Assembly: GCF_006345805.1 (NCBI RefSeq)
Contig: NC_043002.1
Coordinates: 35,960,001-36,024,000, forward strand
DNA length: 64,000 nucleotides
Source: Octopus sinensis
Lineage: Eukaryota
Reading direction: 5' to 3'
The notes under the pieces were generated by a model. That model searched no databases. It was not told where the DNA came from and saw only the letters and a list, made by a program, of their open reading frames with translations. How positions within the stretch are numbered: the first letter of the stretch is position 1; each line of letters starts with the position of its first letter. The position numbers and the translations under genes were made by a program. Of the stretch, positions 37,456 to 49,752 are shown one piece after another.

Positions 37456-38029
37456 GTAAGATGTCCATCTTCTGATAAACACTTGTGTGTCAATGAATAG
37501 TTAAATACTATCACCTATAGCACACTTCTAGAACCTGGCCCAAACATTAGAACTTGGTTTGAGAATGAACACGTGTGGCAAAGCTAGTGAAACATTCATT
37601 AACTTTACAGTTGTCCTCTCTCTTATAGTACTGAGCTAGTGAGAAACAAGCACCTTAATTGTTGATACAACAGAGCTAGATTGATAATACACCAATCAGT
37701 GAGCTCTTGAGCTATTCAGGGAACATGTACCTGGTCACACAATCTGTTAGAAGTAGCAGTCAAGTCTCTGATATCAGACTCTGCTCTCTTTAAAAAAGAA
37801 AATGTCTTTGATCATAGACTTGGTTAATCAAAGAGGAACCTGGGGTTAAGAAACTGTTGACCCTTTAGCTGACAGTTTTGACCTTCCTCTATAAACCTAA
37901 TAATGATGCCAAGGTGTTAAGTAAAAGTGGTTGTTGTGACATTTTCTAGAATGTTTGTTATATACAAAAAGCTGTTTAAATAACGATCATCAGGTTTACA
38001 TAAACAAAATTTTACTTTGTGACGTGAGT

Positions 38030-38097
<68 letters not shown>

Positions 38098-40954
38098 CCA
38101 CAACAGAAATATTTACGAGTGTGTTTTCATTGTTTTCTTTCACCATTATGTACATGTGTTCTGGGCTTCATTGTAGTTGTTGGTCACAAGGAGATTTTTG
38201 GTTGAATGCTATCAAACCACATGAAATTTTGTTTCATTCAATTTTAATTAGAATTCTATTTCTGAATGAAAAGCTGTGCTCAGGTGATTGCCTCTCTTCA
38301 TTGTAGCAACTGAATTGTCAGTGAGAAACTGTAACCTCCGGCATTAAGAGTGTTAATTAAAGAAAGATGATGAGAATAATGCTTAGTAAAATGCTACAAA
38401 TTGTCAAGTAGTTTTTTTTTTTTTTTAACCGATAAAGACCATTACTTGCTCAGAACTGTATATTTTAGTTTTGTGTTGCCAGTGTATTATTTAGAAGGTA
38501 TGAGATTATTTCAACACTATTAGAGTAATTATTGGCCCAAACACAGTTATCATTTGATTGGTAAAATTATAGAAGTGCTAAACCAATTCTGCTGGTTGAT
38601 CAGATCAAAGTTTAGGAAATTAGCCTAAGAATTAGTAAAAAAAATACATCAGACTTATTAATAGACATTCACTTACTACAATGTCTAGCACACTGAATCA
38701 CTGTAATGTCTATGTGTCTCATATCTCTATTACAATGTTTCACTAGTTCTTGCTCTTATGAGCTAGCAATTTTTGTACAACCTTTGCCCATTCCCACTCA
38801 GTTCACTTACTCCCCACCTCTCTCTCATCCTTACCTTTTGTCTCTCTTTTCTAGCTACCAAAATTTTGTACAAAACCTTTTGCTACTTAATTCTTTCTTC
38901 CCTGAACTGAATCCCTTGGAGCCCCACTTCCTTACTTTTATTCAGGCTTTTCTTACACTTGCTAGTTTTCAGGAATTGAAGCCAAACATTAATTGCAGCA
39001 ACTCCAGTTGTTTGGAAGGGCTTGCAATGACTGTATGAACTCCTCCTCCCTGGAATAAAAAGAAATCATTCCCTCATTTAGTCCTATTGATGAATCAGCT
39101 ACACGATACACTTGGTACTTACTTAATTAACCTTGAAAGAATGATGGATAAAGTCAATTGTAGTAAGATTTGAACTGAGAATGTTAGAAGTTGTTACTTT
39201 GTGCAAGGCATTTTGTATGGAGCACATTCATTTTTACCATTCCACCTTTGTCTTTTAAGATAAATATAGTCTGAATATATATGTGTCTATGTAGGTTTTA
39301 ATTCAGCTCATTTATGATTAAAAGTAAACCATTTTTGCTGTGTGCTCTAAAGGTATCTTCACCAAACTCTTAAATTTCTATTCTCCTTCAGGGGGTCTTT
39401 CATATTCAACCTTATTAATTACTGCCCTATCTAGTCTTACATACGATTATTCAAAGATGAGAACAAAGCCATAAATAATCATCTTCTTCATCAATACTAA
39501 TTAAGAAACCATCTTTATTCAAACCAAAGTGTAAGCCTCTACAAGGTTACTGAACCTACTAGAAATAGCTAAATCTCCCCCATTTCATGCCACACCACTG
39601 TATAATACAGGTTTAGTTGGCCCTACAGTTTGAGAAATGGTATGAGAATGGCTGGAATGCAGTTGATACATTGTTGTTTAGCCCCAGATCAGCATAAATT
39701 TGGGGCTAAATGACAATTAGATATACTTGAGATACTCCAGGTTAAATCATGCAGAAGATTTCTAAAAAGGATGAAATAATACTATGTGTTGTGTGATGAA
39801 GGAAAAAGACCACACAATGCATGATTACCGCCAACTAGAAATTGTAAGAACTTCATAATAGATTTTAAAAATTTAACATGTGAGTTCTATGCATATTTTT
39901 TCCTTATATTCCTTAATTTCAAATTCAAATTTCTAATCCTGCCTTGGTTATCTCCTTTGTATTAAGAGCCATTGCCAGTGAGAACCACATGTATCTATAT
40001 ATATATAATACTTTTTTAATTCACCATGGTTTATGCTAGTCCTTTCTGGGCTCTTAATCAATCCAATACAAATCATAACAAATTCAAGAACACAAAACAG
40101 CACACTTGATATCACACAGATAGCACAGAGACCACTCCCACAGACCACCTGCACAAAAAATTCAAATATATTAAAAATAGAAAACTGCCTTGACATGCAG
40201 TGGGCACAGTTTGTTATTACAGCAAACCTCAACTATTAGTAGCCTCTGCCACTACTGCATTAAAATTTGTCCCCAAACCCCCAGATATATATCACCCTAG
40301 AAAAATTCTATTACAGCTTTCTTAGAACACTTTTTCTTTTACTCTGTCTAGGCAAACAAACTAAAATAACATTAGCATCAATTTTTAAGATTCATAGGCA
40401 GAAATGAACAGCTGTCATGCTAGTTCGCTTTACTAGTCTCTCTTTTGGCCACCCTTGGTGTCTACAGAGGGAACCTCCTTGTGGTTGCATAAGCTATTAG
40501 AAATAACTGCCAATTTCTCTCAAATGGCATTCACCTTGATATGGAAAACTGAGGCTGACATAGGTTCAAACTACAACAATAATAGAGATACAAAAATAGA
40601 CTGGATAGTAGAGAAAGTTCTGCAAGACAGAACGACATGCAATTAACCACTGCATGTGAAAATGTTCTGCACAGTCCTCACCTAGATGGAAATATAGATT
40701 GCATCTAGTCATTTGATACATCATCTCCATACCCATAGGTCTACTCTATCAGGAGAGACCTGAGAATGTTTAACAACAACTCTGTTTTATATAGTAGATA
40801 TGCTATATATATGATATTTATATATTAAATTCATGAGCCAATAAGATGCTTGTAAGGTGATAGCTCTACATTTTAGAAATAGCAGCTAAATTTCAAATTC
40901 AAACCTAACAGTTTAAAAAAATGGTATGTATATATCTTTGGTACACTTATTCTT

Positions 40955-41290
40955 TATTCTTTTACCCTTTTACTTGTTTCAGTCATTTGACTGTGGCCAT
41001 GCTGGAGCACCGCTAAGTTACGGGGATGCAAACACACCAGCATTGGTTGTCAAGCGATGTTGGGGGGACAAACACAGACACACAACCACACACACCCACA
41101 CACACATATATATACATATATACGACAGGCTTCTTTCAGTTTCCGTCTACCAAATCCACTCACAAGGCTTTGGTCAGCCCAAGGCTATAGTAGAAGACAC
41201 TTGCCCAAGGTTCCACACAGTGGGGCTGAACCCGGAACCATGTGGTTGGTAAGCAAGCTACTTACCACACAGCCACTCCTGCACCTATAT
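40955..41290 (-). mobile_element. tRNA-derived SINE family A with internal deletion
   Basis: Head GAGTGGCTGTGTGGTAAGTAGCTTGCTTACCAACCACATGGTTCCGGGTTCAGCCCC on the minus strand. It lacks the block between CTTAGCGG and TGCTCCAGC that is present at 15405-15810. Confidence 0.85.
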
Positions 41291-42107
41291 AAACCAAAAC
41301 TTATGAATGTTTTGGTTAAAAATAGGATGGTCACATTAGAAATACCTTTGGTTATACATAGACCAAAAGATGGAATGTGACTTTTGCATTCCACCAAATG
41401 TTTGATAAGGTTTGATCTGGAGGCTAAACAGCATCTACCTCTAACTACAACATTTACTAGAGGCATAATAATATGAAACTGAACAAAGTACAATTCATTC
41501 ATAGCTTCTAAATAATGTGCATGAGTGTGTGTGTGTGTGCCATTTAGCCCAAGTTGCTCTTCATTTACAAATGTAGGCTTTAATTCCCAGTGTCTTTCTC
41601 TTGGCCACCAGGACAGTGTGACATCAATAGAATAACAATTTACTTGCAATTATTTTTTTCTCATTCTTTCAACTTCCACATTTTTTATTTTGTATGGAAG
41701 ATATGAGAGGAGTGCCTTTTTGTTCTGTCACATGTTCAGGCTTTTTACTCAAACTTTTTGGAATTCAGGTGTGAATGTAAATGTCATCACTACTGTCTAC
41801 CTTCTTTTTGGTTCCTTTTTTTGTGTTCCTACCCTTTGTTTTCCTTGCCTTGAGTAGGCATGAAACTGTCTAGCTGTGTAATAACAAATCAGTTTTTCAA
41901 ATAAGACCTCTAGAGCCCGTGTGTATGTGTGTGTGCACGTGCACAGCTGTGTGAGTGTGTGTGTTTGAATTACTTTTCTCATGACTGGTTTCATGTCACT
42001 GTGATCTTTCAAGCTGCAGTGTTTATTTATATATTTATTTTGGGTAGTCAAGCTGCTTTTACAGTAGTGGCCATAATACAAGGGTTAGTAAAAGAAATAT
42101 ATTGAAA

Positions 42108-43250
42108 TCTATCTCTTATTATAAAAGGCAGATTTTATCTGCCTCCCTTTGGGAGTTATACAAATCTACAATATAGGATTTCTTCAATTACAATTTACCT
42201 TGCATTTTTAAGAGTACAATGCATCGCGTCATGCCAGGTCCAGTTTTTAAAATTTAAACTCCAATTAAGCAAAATTTACAGAAAACTCACATTCTGGTGT
42301 GTGTGTCAAATGCTTTTCTTAGTCTGCTTTACGCCACACGCAAACGCACGCACACAGTGGGCAACGAATAAAATGAAAGTAAATAGCGACAGAGTGATTG
42401 ATTTGAGGAAGACTAAACTGAAAGTGTTTAAACCACTACTCAAAAAATAAAAAAACACAGCAAACAGAAACAAATAAATACATAACCATTTAATCCTCAC
42501 ACAACTTCTTCAATTAGAATTTACCTAAGATTTTTCAAAGTACTCCATTCGCTCATGCCATAATATATTTCTTTCAATTTCACCACCAATTAAGACAAAA
42601 TTCGAGAAAACTCAATATTTTAACATATCACTCCGAAAGCATTGACGTACATGTGTGCGTGCGTGAGTGTGTGTGTGTCATTCCTCACACACACGCATAC
42701 ACATACAACTACATACAAACACGTGTGTGTTTGTTATTAGTAAAAAAGGCGCAAAAACACAACTCACTTATCATTCCAACACATTTGCAAAGACACACGG
42801 AGGACAGAAAAGGTAAATTGGTTTTTATTTTACTCTGTATATATTTTATTATATAATATTATATATAGATATATGTATATATAATTGCAGTATGAAACAG
42901 TGTTTATGTATAAACAGACGACACTTATATATAGTTACCAAGCCGCCCGAATTTACCTATTCATATTTAAATGAGAATATCAGAGCAAATCTCTTAGTAC
43001 ATTCGTGAAAACACGTATTATACTTCGTAAACACTTCAACTACAGTTTTGTACAAAAATCGAAGTGTAATTTTAATTCCGTGAATTATGGGAGATTTTTT
43101 TCCGAATTTGTTCCTATTGTGTTTTCAAAATTTTTAATTCTGACAAAAAATGGATACAATTTCATTATATCAAGCAGCGAGTCAGAATTCGAAGGATTTT
43201 CTACTGAAGACCTTCATAAATCTAACTCTATGACTGAAAAAAAAAAAGCA
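42108..43250 (+). mobile_element. Non-autonomous Helitron unit 1 (5' TC end, no own CTAG end seen)
   Basis: Begins A|TCTATCTCTTATTATAAAAGGCAG exactly where the Tc1 TIR is interrupted. Confidence 0.7.
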
Positions 43251-43628
43251 TCTTATATAAGAGTGAAGTTGTGTGTCTGTCTCCTACGATTTAGATTCCT
43301 AACTACTCCCACATTTGCGGTGCAGTTTAACCAAAAGCGGGTATCTTATAGTCGTGATTCATATCGAGCCCTTCTGGTATTAGCGTGCGTCTACGATGAG
43401 TCTACGATTTAAAAAAAAATACCATCATATTTTTCCATTTTAATGCATTTTTTTCGCTTTCATATAAGGGAAGTAACTCTCTAAAAATATCTACGATGTG
43501 TCAACGATTTAAAAAATATTTACCTGAATTTTTTTTCAATTTTTAATGCATTTTTTGCTATAACTCTCTAAAAATGCTTATATAGTTATTTCCCTTACAA
43601 CCCGAGCAACGCCGGGCGATACTGCTAG
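43251..43628 (+). mobile_element. Non-autonomous Helitron unit 2
   Basis: Starts A|TCTTATATAAGAGTGAAGTTGTGTGTC. Ends with hairpin CCCGAGCAACGCCGGG (43601-43616) and CTAG (43625-43628). Confidence 0.75.
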
Positions 43629-43989
43629 TCTATATATAAATGGCAAAATGTCTGTGTGTGTGTCCTTTATACAAACCCACAATTTTTTCACTTAGAGGGC
43701 TCACACTTTCTATGGTAATTCAAAACCATCCAAGGGTGGTCATGCACACCATTACATTTCCCCAGTCACCCTGCAAAGCCATTAAAAAATCAATAGAAGT
43801 GACTTTTTTGTAAATTTTCTATCCAAAACCCAATCAAAATGCCCGAAACTTAATACGCCAATTGAATGCCAGCTAGCTGTATGTGATTGGTCGAAGATTT
43901 GGACAGTACTCGCGTGTATGTACGCACACACGCAGCTGTATATGCATGCACTAGCACTATGACCCGGCGTTGCTGGGTCATAGTGCTAG
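43629..43989 (+). mobile_element. Non-autonomous Helitron unit 3
   Basis: Starts TCTATATATAAATGGC directly after the CTAG of unit 2. Ends with a 16 bp perfect stem ACTAGCACTATGACCC/GGGTCATAGTGCTAGT, CTAG at 43986-43989, then the target T. Confidence 0.85.
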
Positions 43990-44213
43990 TATTTATTATA
44001 GAAGATTAACAAAATGTTGAGACAAGATATTTTACACATATTTAGATGTATCTAATATCTATTTTTTGTAAAAATTTCAAGTGAATGGAATAAATATTTT
44101 GTAAGTTATGAGGAAATAAACAAATAATCTTCCAAACTGCAATGGCCAGAAGTTAAGGGTCACTTAGAAAAACAATGGAAAATGGAAAAAGAACAAAAAA
44201 GAAACCCTTACTA

Positions 44214-45225
44214 TTAATATTTTGTGAACATCCCTTTACTATCAATAACCTCCTGACATCTGTTACTGCAGGACTGAATTAATTTCTTGCGAAATGATGG
44301 AGTAATAATGTTCCATTCATTTTTCAATAATTCCCAGAGTTTATTTTGGTTCTTTGGATTTTTCTTTCATGCCCCATCTCCAATAATCTTCCAAACATTT
44401 TCTATAGGGTTGAGATCAGGACTTTGAGGTGGCCAGTTCACGAGATCGACCCTTCATCACTCAAAAAATCTTTTGACTCTCTTTGTAGCGTGACAGGAAG
44501 CATTCTCTTGCACGGTGATAGGTTGAACTGAAGAGGATCAGAGATGTGGAAGGGCATGCTGTCTAAGAATCTGCTTGTAGATTTCAGCATTGCCAGTCCC
44601 TAGTAGGCGAATAAGTGGAACAGGACCAGCAGCAGAGATCATTCCCCATACCATTACACTGCCTCCTCAATATCCTGTCTTCTTCACACATGCACAAGAT
44701 AACCTTTCGCCACTTCTTCGTCGGATGTACATCCCACCCCCAGAACCAATCATATTAAACTTTGATTTATTGCTAAAATGAACCTGCGACCATTGTCCTT
44801 CTGTCCAAATGATACGTTTGTGAGTGAAATGAAGACAGGTTCTTTGATTCTTCTTGGAGATCAGAGGTTTCTTTGCCGGTGCCCAAGCAAACAACCCAGA
44901 ACTTTGTAACCTCCGAGAAACTGTTTTGCATGATACGTTGACATCAGAAGTGGAGCTAAACTCATGGGATATCTCAGCAGCACTCTTAAACCCAACCTTC
45001 AGTGACATTACAACCATAATACAATCCTGTCTTGGTGAAGTTTTACAAGATCTACTGGTTTGGGGTTTAGCATCTGTCGATCCTGATGACTTAAAACGAG
45101 CTACAATTCGTTGCGCAACACTTCTAGATCTTTCTACAGTAGATTCTATCACAGAATTCGACTTGAAGCTCTTGGTGAAGGCACACAATTTTTTGTTTTT
45201 TAATCATAGTACACTGGTCATCTCT
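44214..45225 (-). pseudogene. Tc1 transposase pseudogene
   Basis: HTH region, PAKKPLISKKN, WSQVHFSNKSKFN (D1 mutated to N), GGSVMVWGMIS, VQENASCH (D2 mutated to E), WPPQSPDLNPIENVW with 34 residues between the second and third catalytic positions. Several in-frame TGA stops and an N-terminal frameshift. Confidence 0.92.
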
Positions 45226-45619
45226 CAAAAGTTGCTATGTTGACAGTTAAATGTTCCAATAATGTAAGACCATAAGAAGTAACTGTTAGCCCATTAACAG
45301 TCTTCTAAACAGCAAATACCTCAGTTAGTAGTTCATTTTTTCTAAATGATCCTTCACTTTTGGCCGTTGCAGTTTGGAAGATTATTTGTTTATTTCCTCA
45401 TAACTTATGAAATATTTATTCCATTCACTTGAAATTTTCATGAAAGACAGATACTAGATATATCTAAATATGCATTAAATATCTAGTCTCGACGTTTTGT
45501 TAATCTTCTATCATAACTATTTCGATACACTTGTTCTTACTGACGCTTATTATGGCCACTACTGTATATACACTGAAATATGTTTGTTCTTCTGTGTGTG
45601 GCAATCATTTTAATTGGCT

Positions 45620-47690
45620 AGTTTCTAAATATTATTTTTTTAGAGTGGTATCTTTTTGATTATTGTTGTTTTGTCACTTTTCATTGACCAATTCATTGGT
45701 TGTTTTTTACTTCATTGTTTAATTTCATTATTATATGTGGTTTCAGTAAATTATTCTGTTGATATCTGGTAATGAGTCTGCAGTGAGGTGGGCTGTCTGA
45801 TGTCACTAAATTTTGTTATGTTTTTGCCTTGTATCTGATATCTCTTAACTGTCACTCTTTTCCGTTAGTTAATTTGTTGGTCAGAATTTTTGTACCTCCG
45901 CTGCCAATTATATCATCAAATATTTATCTTGTTTGTAATTCTGAGCATTTGAAAAATGAATTTATTCTGATGTTTGCAACATGACATCACCTCATTTCTT
46001 TCTGTTTGGTAATTATGTTGTATTTTACTGCAGTACTTAGAGTACATGTCCCAGAACTATTTATGTAACAGTTGGTGCTATATGTTATTTACACAGTTGT
46101 TTTTATTTTCCTCTCATATATCCTGAATGTGATTCAATAGGGACATATTTCTTACGTATATATTATGGAAAGAGTGTAAACCATATGTATATCTGACTTG
46201 AAAGACCCATTGTTGATCCAATGTATTTGTTTTCCATTTTTCCTGCATGTACTACTGTTGTGTTGTGGATGAGCTCATTTCTAGGCAATTTCCACATAGC
46301 AATATGGATTTTATCCGTTATGGTTACCTTCATTTCAGCTATTTCTAGATATTGGCTTATATATAATTTAATTGGTGTGATCTTAGTTACTTGTACAGCT
46401 ATAACTAACTTTTGTGTTCTTGAATAGCTTATAGTATGTATAGTGAGTTGAGATATGTTTGGCGATAAGAGTTAAGATTTTTTTTTCTTCATTACATAAA
46501 TCATTGCATTTAAGCAATGTTGGGTGGGTTGAACCAGATAATGTTTCTTTCTCAGGTCCTGTTTTTTGTTTTTTCTTTATCGTGTGACTTTGGCGTGAAT
46601 TTTAATTTTTCTTTGAACTTACTTATTTTAAGAGCTCCATGGTAGAATGATGCTGTTTGGGTGGATAATGTTTTGTCAAACGTTAATGAGGAATTTTTTC
46701 AACTGATGCCCCTAAGTGTTGTGAGAGATGACTAAAAGAGTTGGCATCAGGAATAGCATCCAGTTGTAGAACACTGCCTCAGAAAATCTATCCAACCTAT
46801 ACCAGCATGGAAAACCAGCTGTTAAATGCTGTTAGTAAGTAGAACATCATAGCTGCACTATGTTTTTTCACAAGGATTAGTGTTTTCTTAGTGTTAACTT
46901 CCAGTTATGTCTACAAAGTCTATTTTAGATGGGTTGGCTTGGATATTATTGAGTGTTTGAACTCTTTGAAAGCATTTAATACGGGACCTATTTTTTTCTA
47001 AATATATCTAATTCATGTTCATTTGTCTTTTGGGAAATTGCTAAGCCATTCTCTCTTTATAGATCATTCTGGACTGGTTGGATATGTTGCTTACTTTTCC
47101 TTGCACGTTTCCACTCCATTGTAGTGTCCCATGCATATGTCATAAAGCTATTCATTTCCTTTCTTTACACAAGATAATTTACCATAATATAAGGGATACT
47201 TTCTCAAGCATTATTATGTTTACCTGTTGCTAGCTGGTATGGTAGCCAATCATTTTGCAAAGTTCAGCACTTTTATTGGGAGGTATTTTCTTATCAATAG
47301 GTAGGATTCTACAATATTACATTAGGTGAATTTAACATACTTGTAATTTTTTATGTCCTTGTAACAGTCAATAGTAGATAAGCTGTATTGTATTAATCTT
47401 GCTTCATAGCTGATTTTAGAGTTGATATTTTTATGTGATTTTGTTGCTCATTGTATTGATTAGACTGCACTTTGGATTTTCTAAAAAATTTGTTTTATGG
47501 CTGAAATGCATGATTGTTGCATTGCTAATCAGTCTATTCTGTCTTCTTTCTGTAAACTTGTTGCTAACTATTGTGCTTCCATGTAGATTGTATAGTATAT
47601 ATTAGGAGTTTTAAATTTTATATATTTTAGTTGTGTTGTTTAAGAATTTTGGTGGGTCCCTTTAGTCACTGTTGACAGATTTTTTTTTGT
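45620..47690 (-). mobile_element. Heavily degraded Penelope-like element (RT + GIY-YIG endonuclease)
   Basis: Minus-strand remnants: YDICMGHYNGVETCK (like FDVTMGSYDGAEVCE), LY(K)-(R)NGLAI across a frameshift (like GLYRDDGLA), RNIIWFNPP, KVSYSC, KYIGST, RNEVMSCCKHQNKF. Interrupted by an RTE tail at ~46690-46830. Confidence 0.75.
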
Positions 47691-47714
47691 TTTGTTTGTG
47701 AATATAAAGATTTT

Positions 47715-48322
47715 TTTATGACATATGCTGTGCTGCAGAACACTCAGCAAGCGTAAGTGTGACCATAACCTTATGGCCTATGCTAGGGGTGCAACCAGTT
47801 CACTTATGCGTGCCTTTTCTTCATTGGACACTAAACTCTGCTTGCGAAGACCAGTTGAGGCAAGTGAAATCGAAGTTGAAATCAAATTCGGTGACTGGCA
47901 TCCGTTGCTAGTGGAGCGCTAAGAGTACCATACGAGTGAGATTGTTGCCAGAGCAACAAGCTGGCCTTCATGGCGATGGCACGTTAAGCACACCATTCGA
48001 GCGTGATTGTTACCACATCACCTTACTAGCACTTGGGCATGTGAAATATTCGAGCGAGGTCATCGCCAGTGCCGCTGGACTGGCTCCTGTGCAGGTGGCA
48101 CGTAAAAAGCACCATTTGGGTGTGGCTGTTGCCAGTACCACAAAACTGGCCCTCGTGCCGGTGGCACATAAAAGCACCCACTACACTCTCGGAGTGGTTG
48201 GCGTTAGGAAGGGCATCCAGCTGTAGAAACTCTGCCAGATTGGAGTCTGGTTCGCCAGACCTCAGTCAAATCATCCAACCCATGCTAGCATGGAAAGCGG
48301 ATGTTAAATGATGATGATGATA
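47715..48322 (+). mobile_element. 5'-truncated RTE LINE (ORF end + full 3' UTR + GAT tail)
   Basis: YAVLQNT (ORF end), then repeated GTGGCACGTAAAAAGCACC units, GGAAGGGCATCCAGCTGTAGAAAC, CCATGCTAGCATGG and (GAT)n. Confidence 0.8.
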
Positions 48323-48689
48323 TTCTGATTCAGTGCCTAAGCATAGTTCATTTTGGAAGCTAAAAAAACTGGAGTTATTTTAATTGTACTATTGGGAAGA
48401 CATTTAGAAAATAGACTGTGATTTTGACTGTGGTTCCATATGCATATATAACATCATTTAATGTGCACTTTTCCATACTTGCATGGGTGAAAAAAAATTT
48501 TTTGAAGCAAAATTTTCTACAGTTGGATGCTCTAACTGTTTCCAATCCTCACTTGTTTCTAATTAAGGTAATATTCTCCCATATCTAGACAAGTTTTTCA
48601 CAGAAGTTTGGAAACAAACAACCTCACACTTATGATGATAATGTTCATTTACAACCATCACGTGATATCTAGACAAGAGTGTACAGAAG

Positions 48690-49190
48690 CTCATATACAC
48701 ACATGCATGTATATTCTTGATGGGTTTCTTTCAGTTTCCATCTTCCAAATACACTCACATGGTTTTGGTTGGCCAAAATCTATAGTAACAGACACTTGCC
48801 CAAGACACTATACAGTGGGACTATACTCAAGGCCACATGGTTAGGAAGCAAGCTTCTTAACCACACAGCCATGTGAAAAGCACCTATGCCAGTGACACAT
48901 AAAAGCCACCCATGCCTGTGACATGTAAAAGTGCTGGTGACACATAAATGGCACCCATGCTGGTGACATATAAAAGGTGCCCATGTCAGTGACACATTGA
49001 AGACGCCCAGTATACTCTGTAAAGTGGTTAGCTTAGGAAGGGCATTCAGCCTTTGGAATGATGCCTAAAAGACAACTGGAATCTGATACAGCTCTCCAGC
49101 TTACTCGCTTTGGTCAAACCATCTGACTCTTGCCAACATGGAAAACGAACATTAAATGATGATGATGATAATGATGATGATGATGTAATG
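48690..49190. mobile_element. SINE A head (minus, ~48690-48870) abutting an RTE tail (plus, ~48870-49190)
   Basis: AGACACTTGCCCAAGACACTATACAGTGGGACT...CCACACAGCCA, then GTGACACATAAAAG subrepeats, GGAAGGGCATTCAGC and a (GAT)n tail. Confidence 0.7.
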
Positions 49191-49586
49191 GACTGTGATT
49201 CTGTCTATACTGTTGGTAATCTGGAAACTGAAATGTTTCCCAAAATTGCTATTTTCGTTCTTTATTAATGTCATGCTACAACAAACTAATCTATCTTGTC
49301 CTTTGATTCCCAGAATAGTTTTACATAACTGAACTTTGGACTAGAAGAATTATAATGAACACGGCATTTCTAAAACCATAGTTCTACACACTTTGCTTTA
49401 ATGGAATTTTGGAATTTGTATTACTTATCTTTCTCTCACTGTGTGTGTGTATGTGTGTTTCTTTTCTCCTTTGTCTTGTATTTTCTTGCTAACTTCCCTT
49501 TCTTACTGTTATGGATTTTTAAAGTCTATCTTTCTATTTTTGTCCTTTATTTCTAGAGGTTTTTTCAGTCTCTCCTTGAATTAATT

Positions 49587-49689
49587 TTACTGTTCATCTC
49601 TCTCTCTCTCTCCCCCTCTCTCCTCCTCTCTCTCTCCCCCTCTCTCCTCCTCTCTCTCTCCTCTCTCTCTCCCCCTCTCTCTCCTCCTC

Positions 49690-49750
<61 letters not shown>
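49587..49750. repeat. Compound (CT)n/CCCCCTCT microsatellite
   Basis: Continuous pyrimidine-only CT/CCT run. Confidence 0.95.

Positions 49751-49752
<2 letters not shown>

Larger units (their letters stand above)
42062..45564 (-). mobile_element. Tc1 (DD34E) DNA transposon with long (~230 bp) TIRs and TA target duplication
   Basis: TA|CAGTAGTGGCCATAATA... at 42060-42062 and ...TTATGGCCACTACTG|TA at 45564-45566. The left TIR is 42062-42107 plus 43990-~44171 (split by Helitrons); the right TIR is ~45337-45564. Confidence 0.92.

Noticed and set aside
12336-38306. Many ORFs of the MCVCVCV / HTHTHT / YIYIYI type (e.g. 12336, 18373, 34374, 35837-36896, 38028)
   Set aside because: They are translations of (GT)n, (CA)n and (TA)n microsatellites, not genes.
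38706-39038. 110 aa plus-strand ORF
   Set aside because: It is a low-complexity pyrimidine-rich frame, probably the antisense of a decayed LINE, with no motif.
43005-43412. 135 aa ORF containing SSSESEFEGFSTEDL
   Set aside because: It spans the junction of two Helitron units. The acidic patch is at most a transposon remnant, not a host gene.
48140-48240. GTGGCACGTAAAAAGCACC motif as an HDV-like or pistol ribozyme
   Set aside because: I could not build the HDV nested double pseudoknot or the pistol conserved segments; it is kept only as a possible simple pseudoknot.
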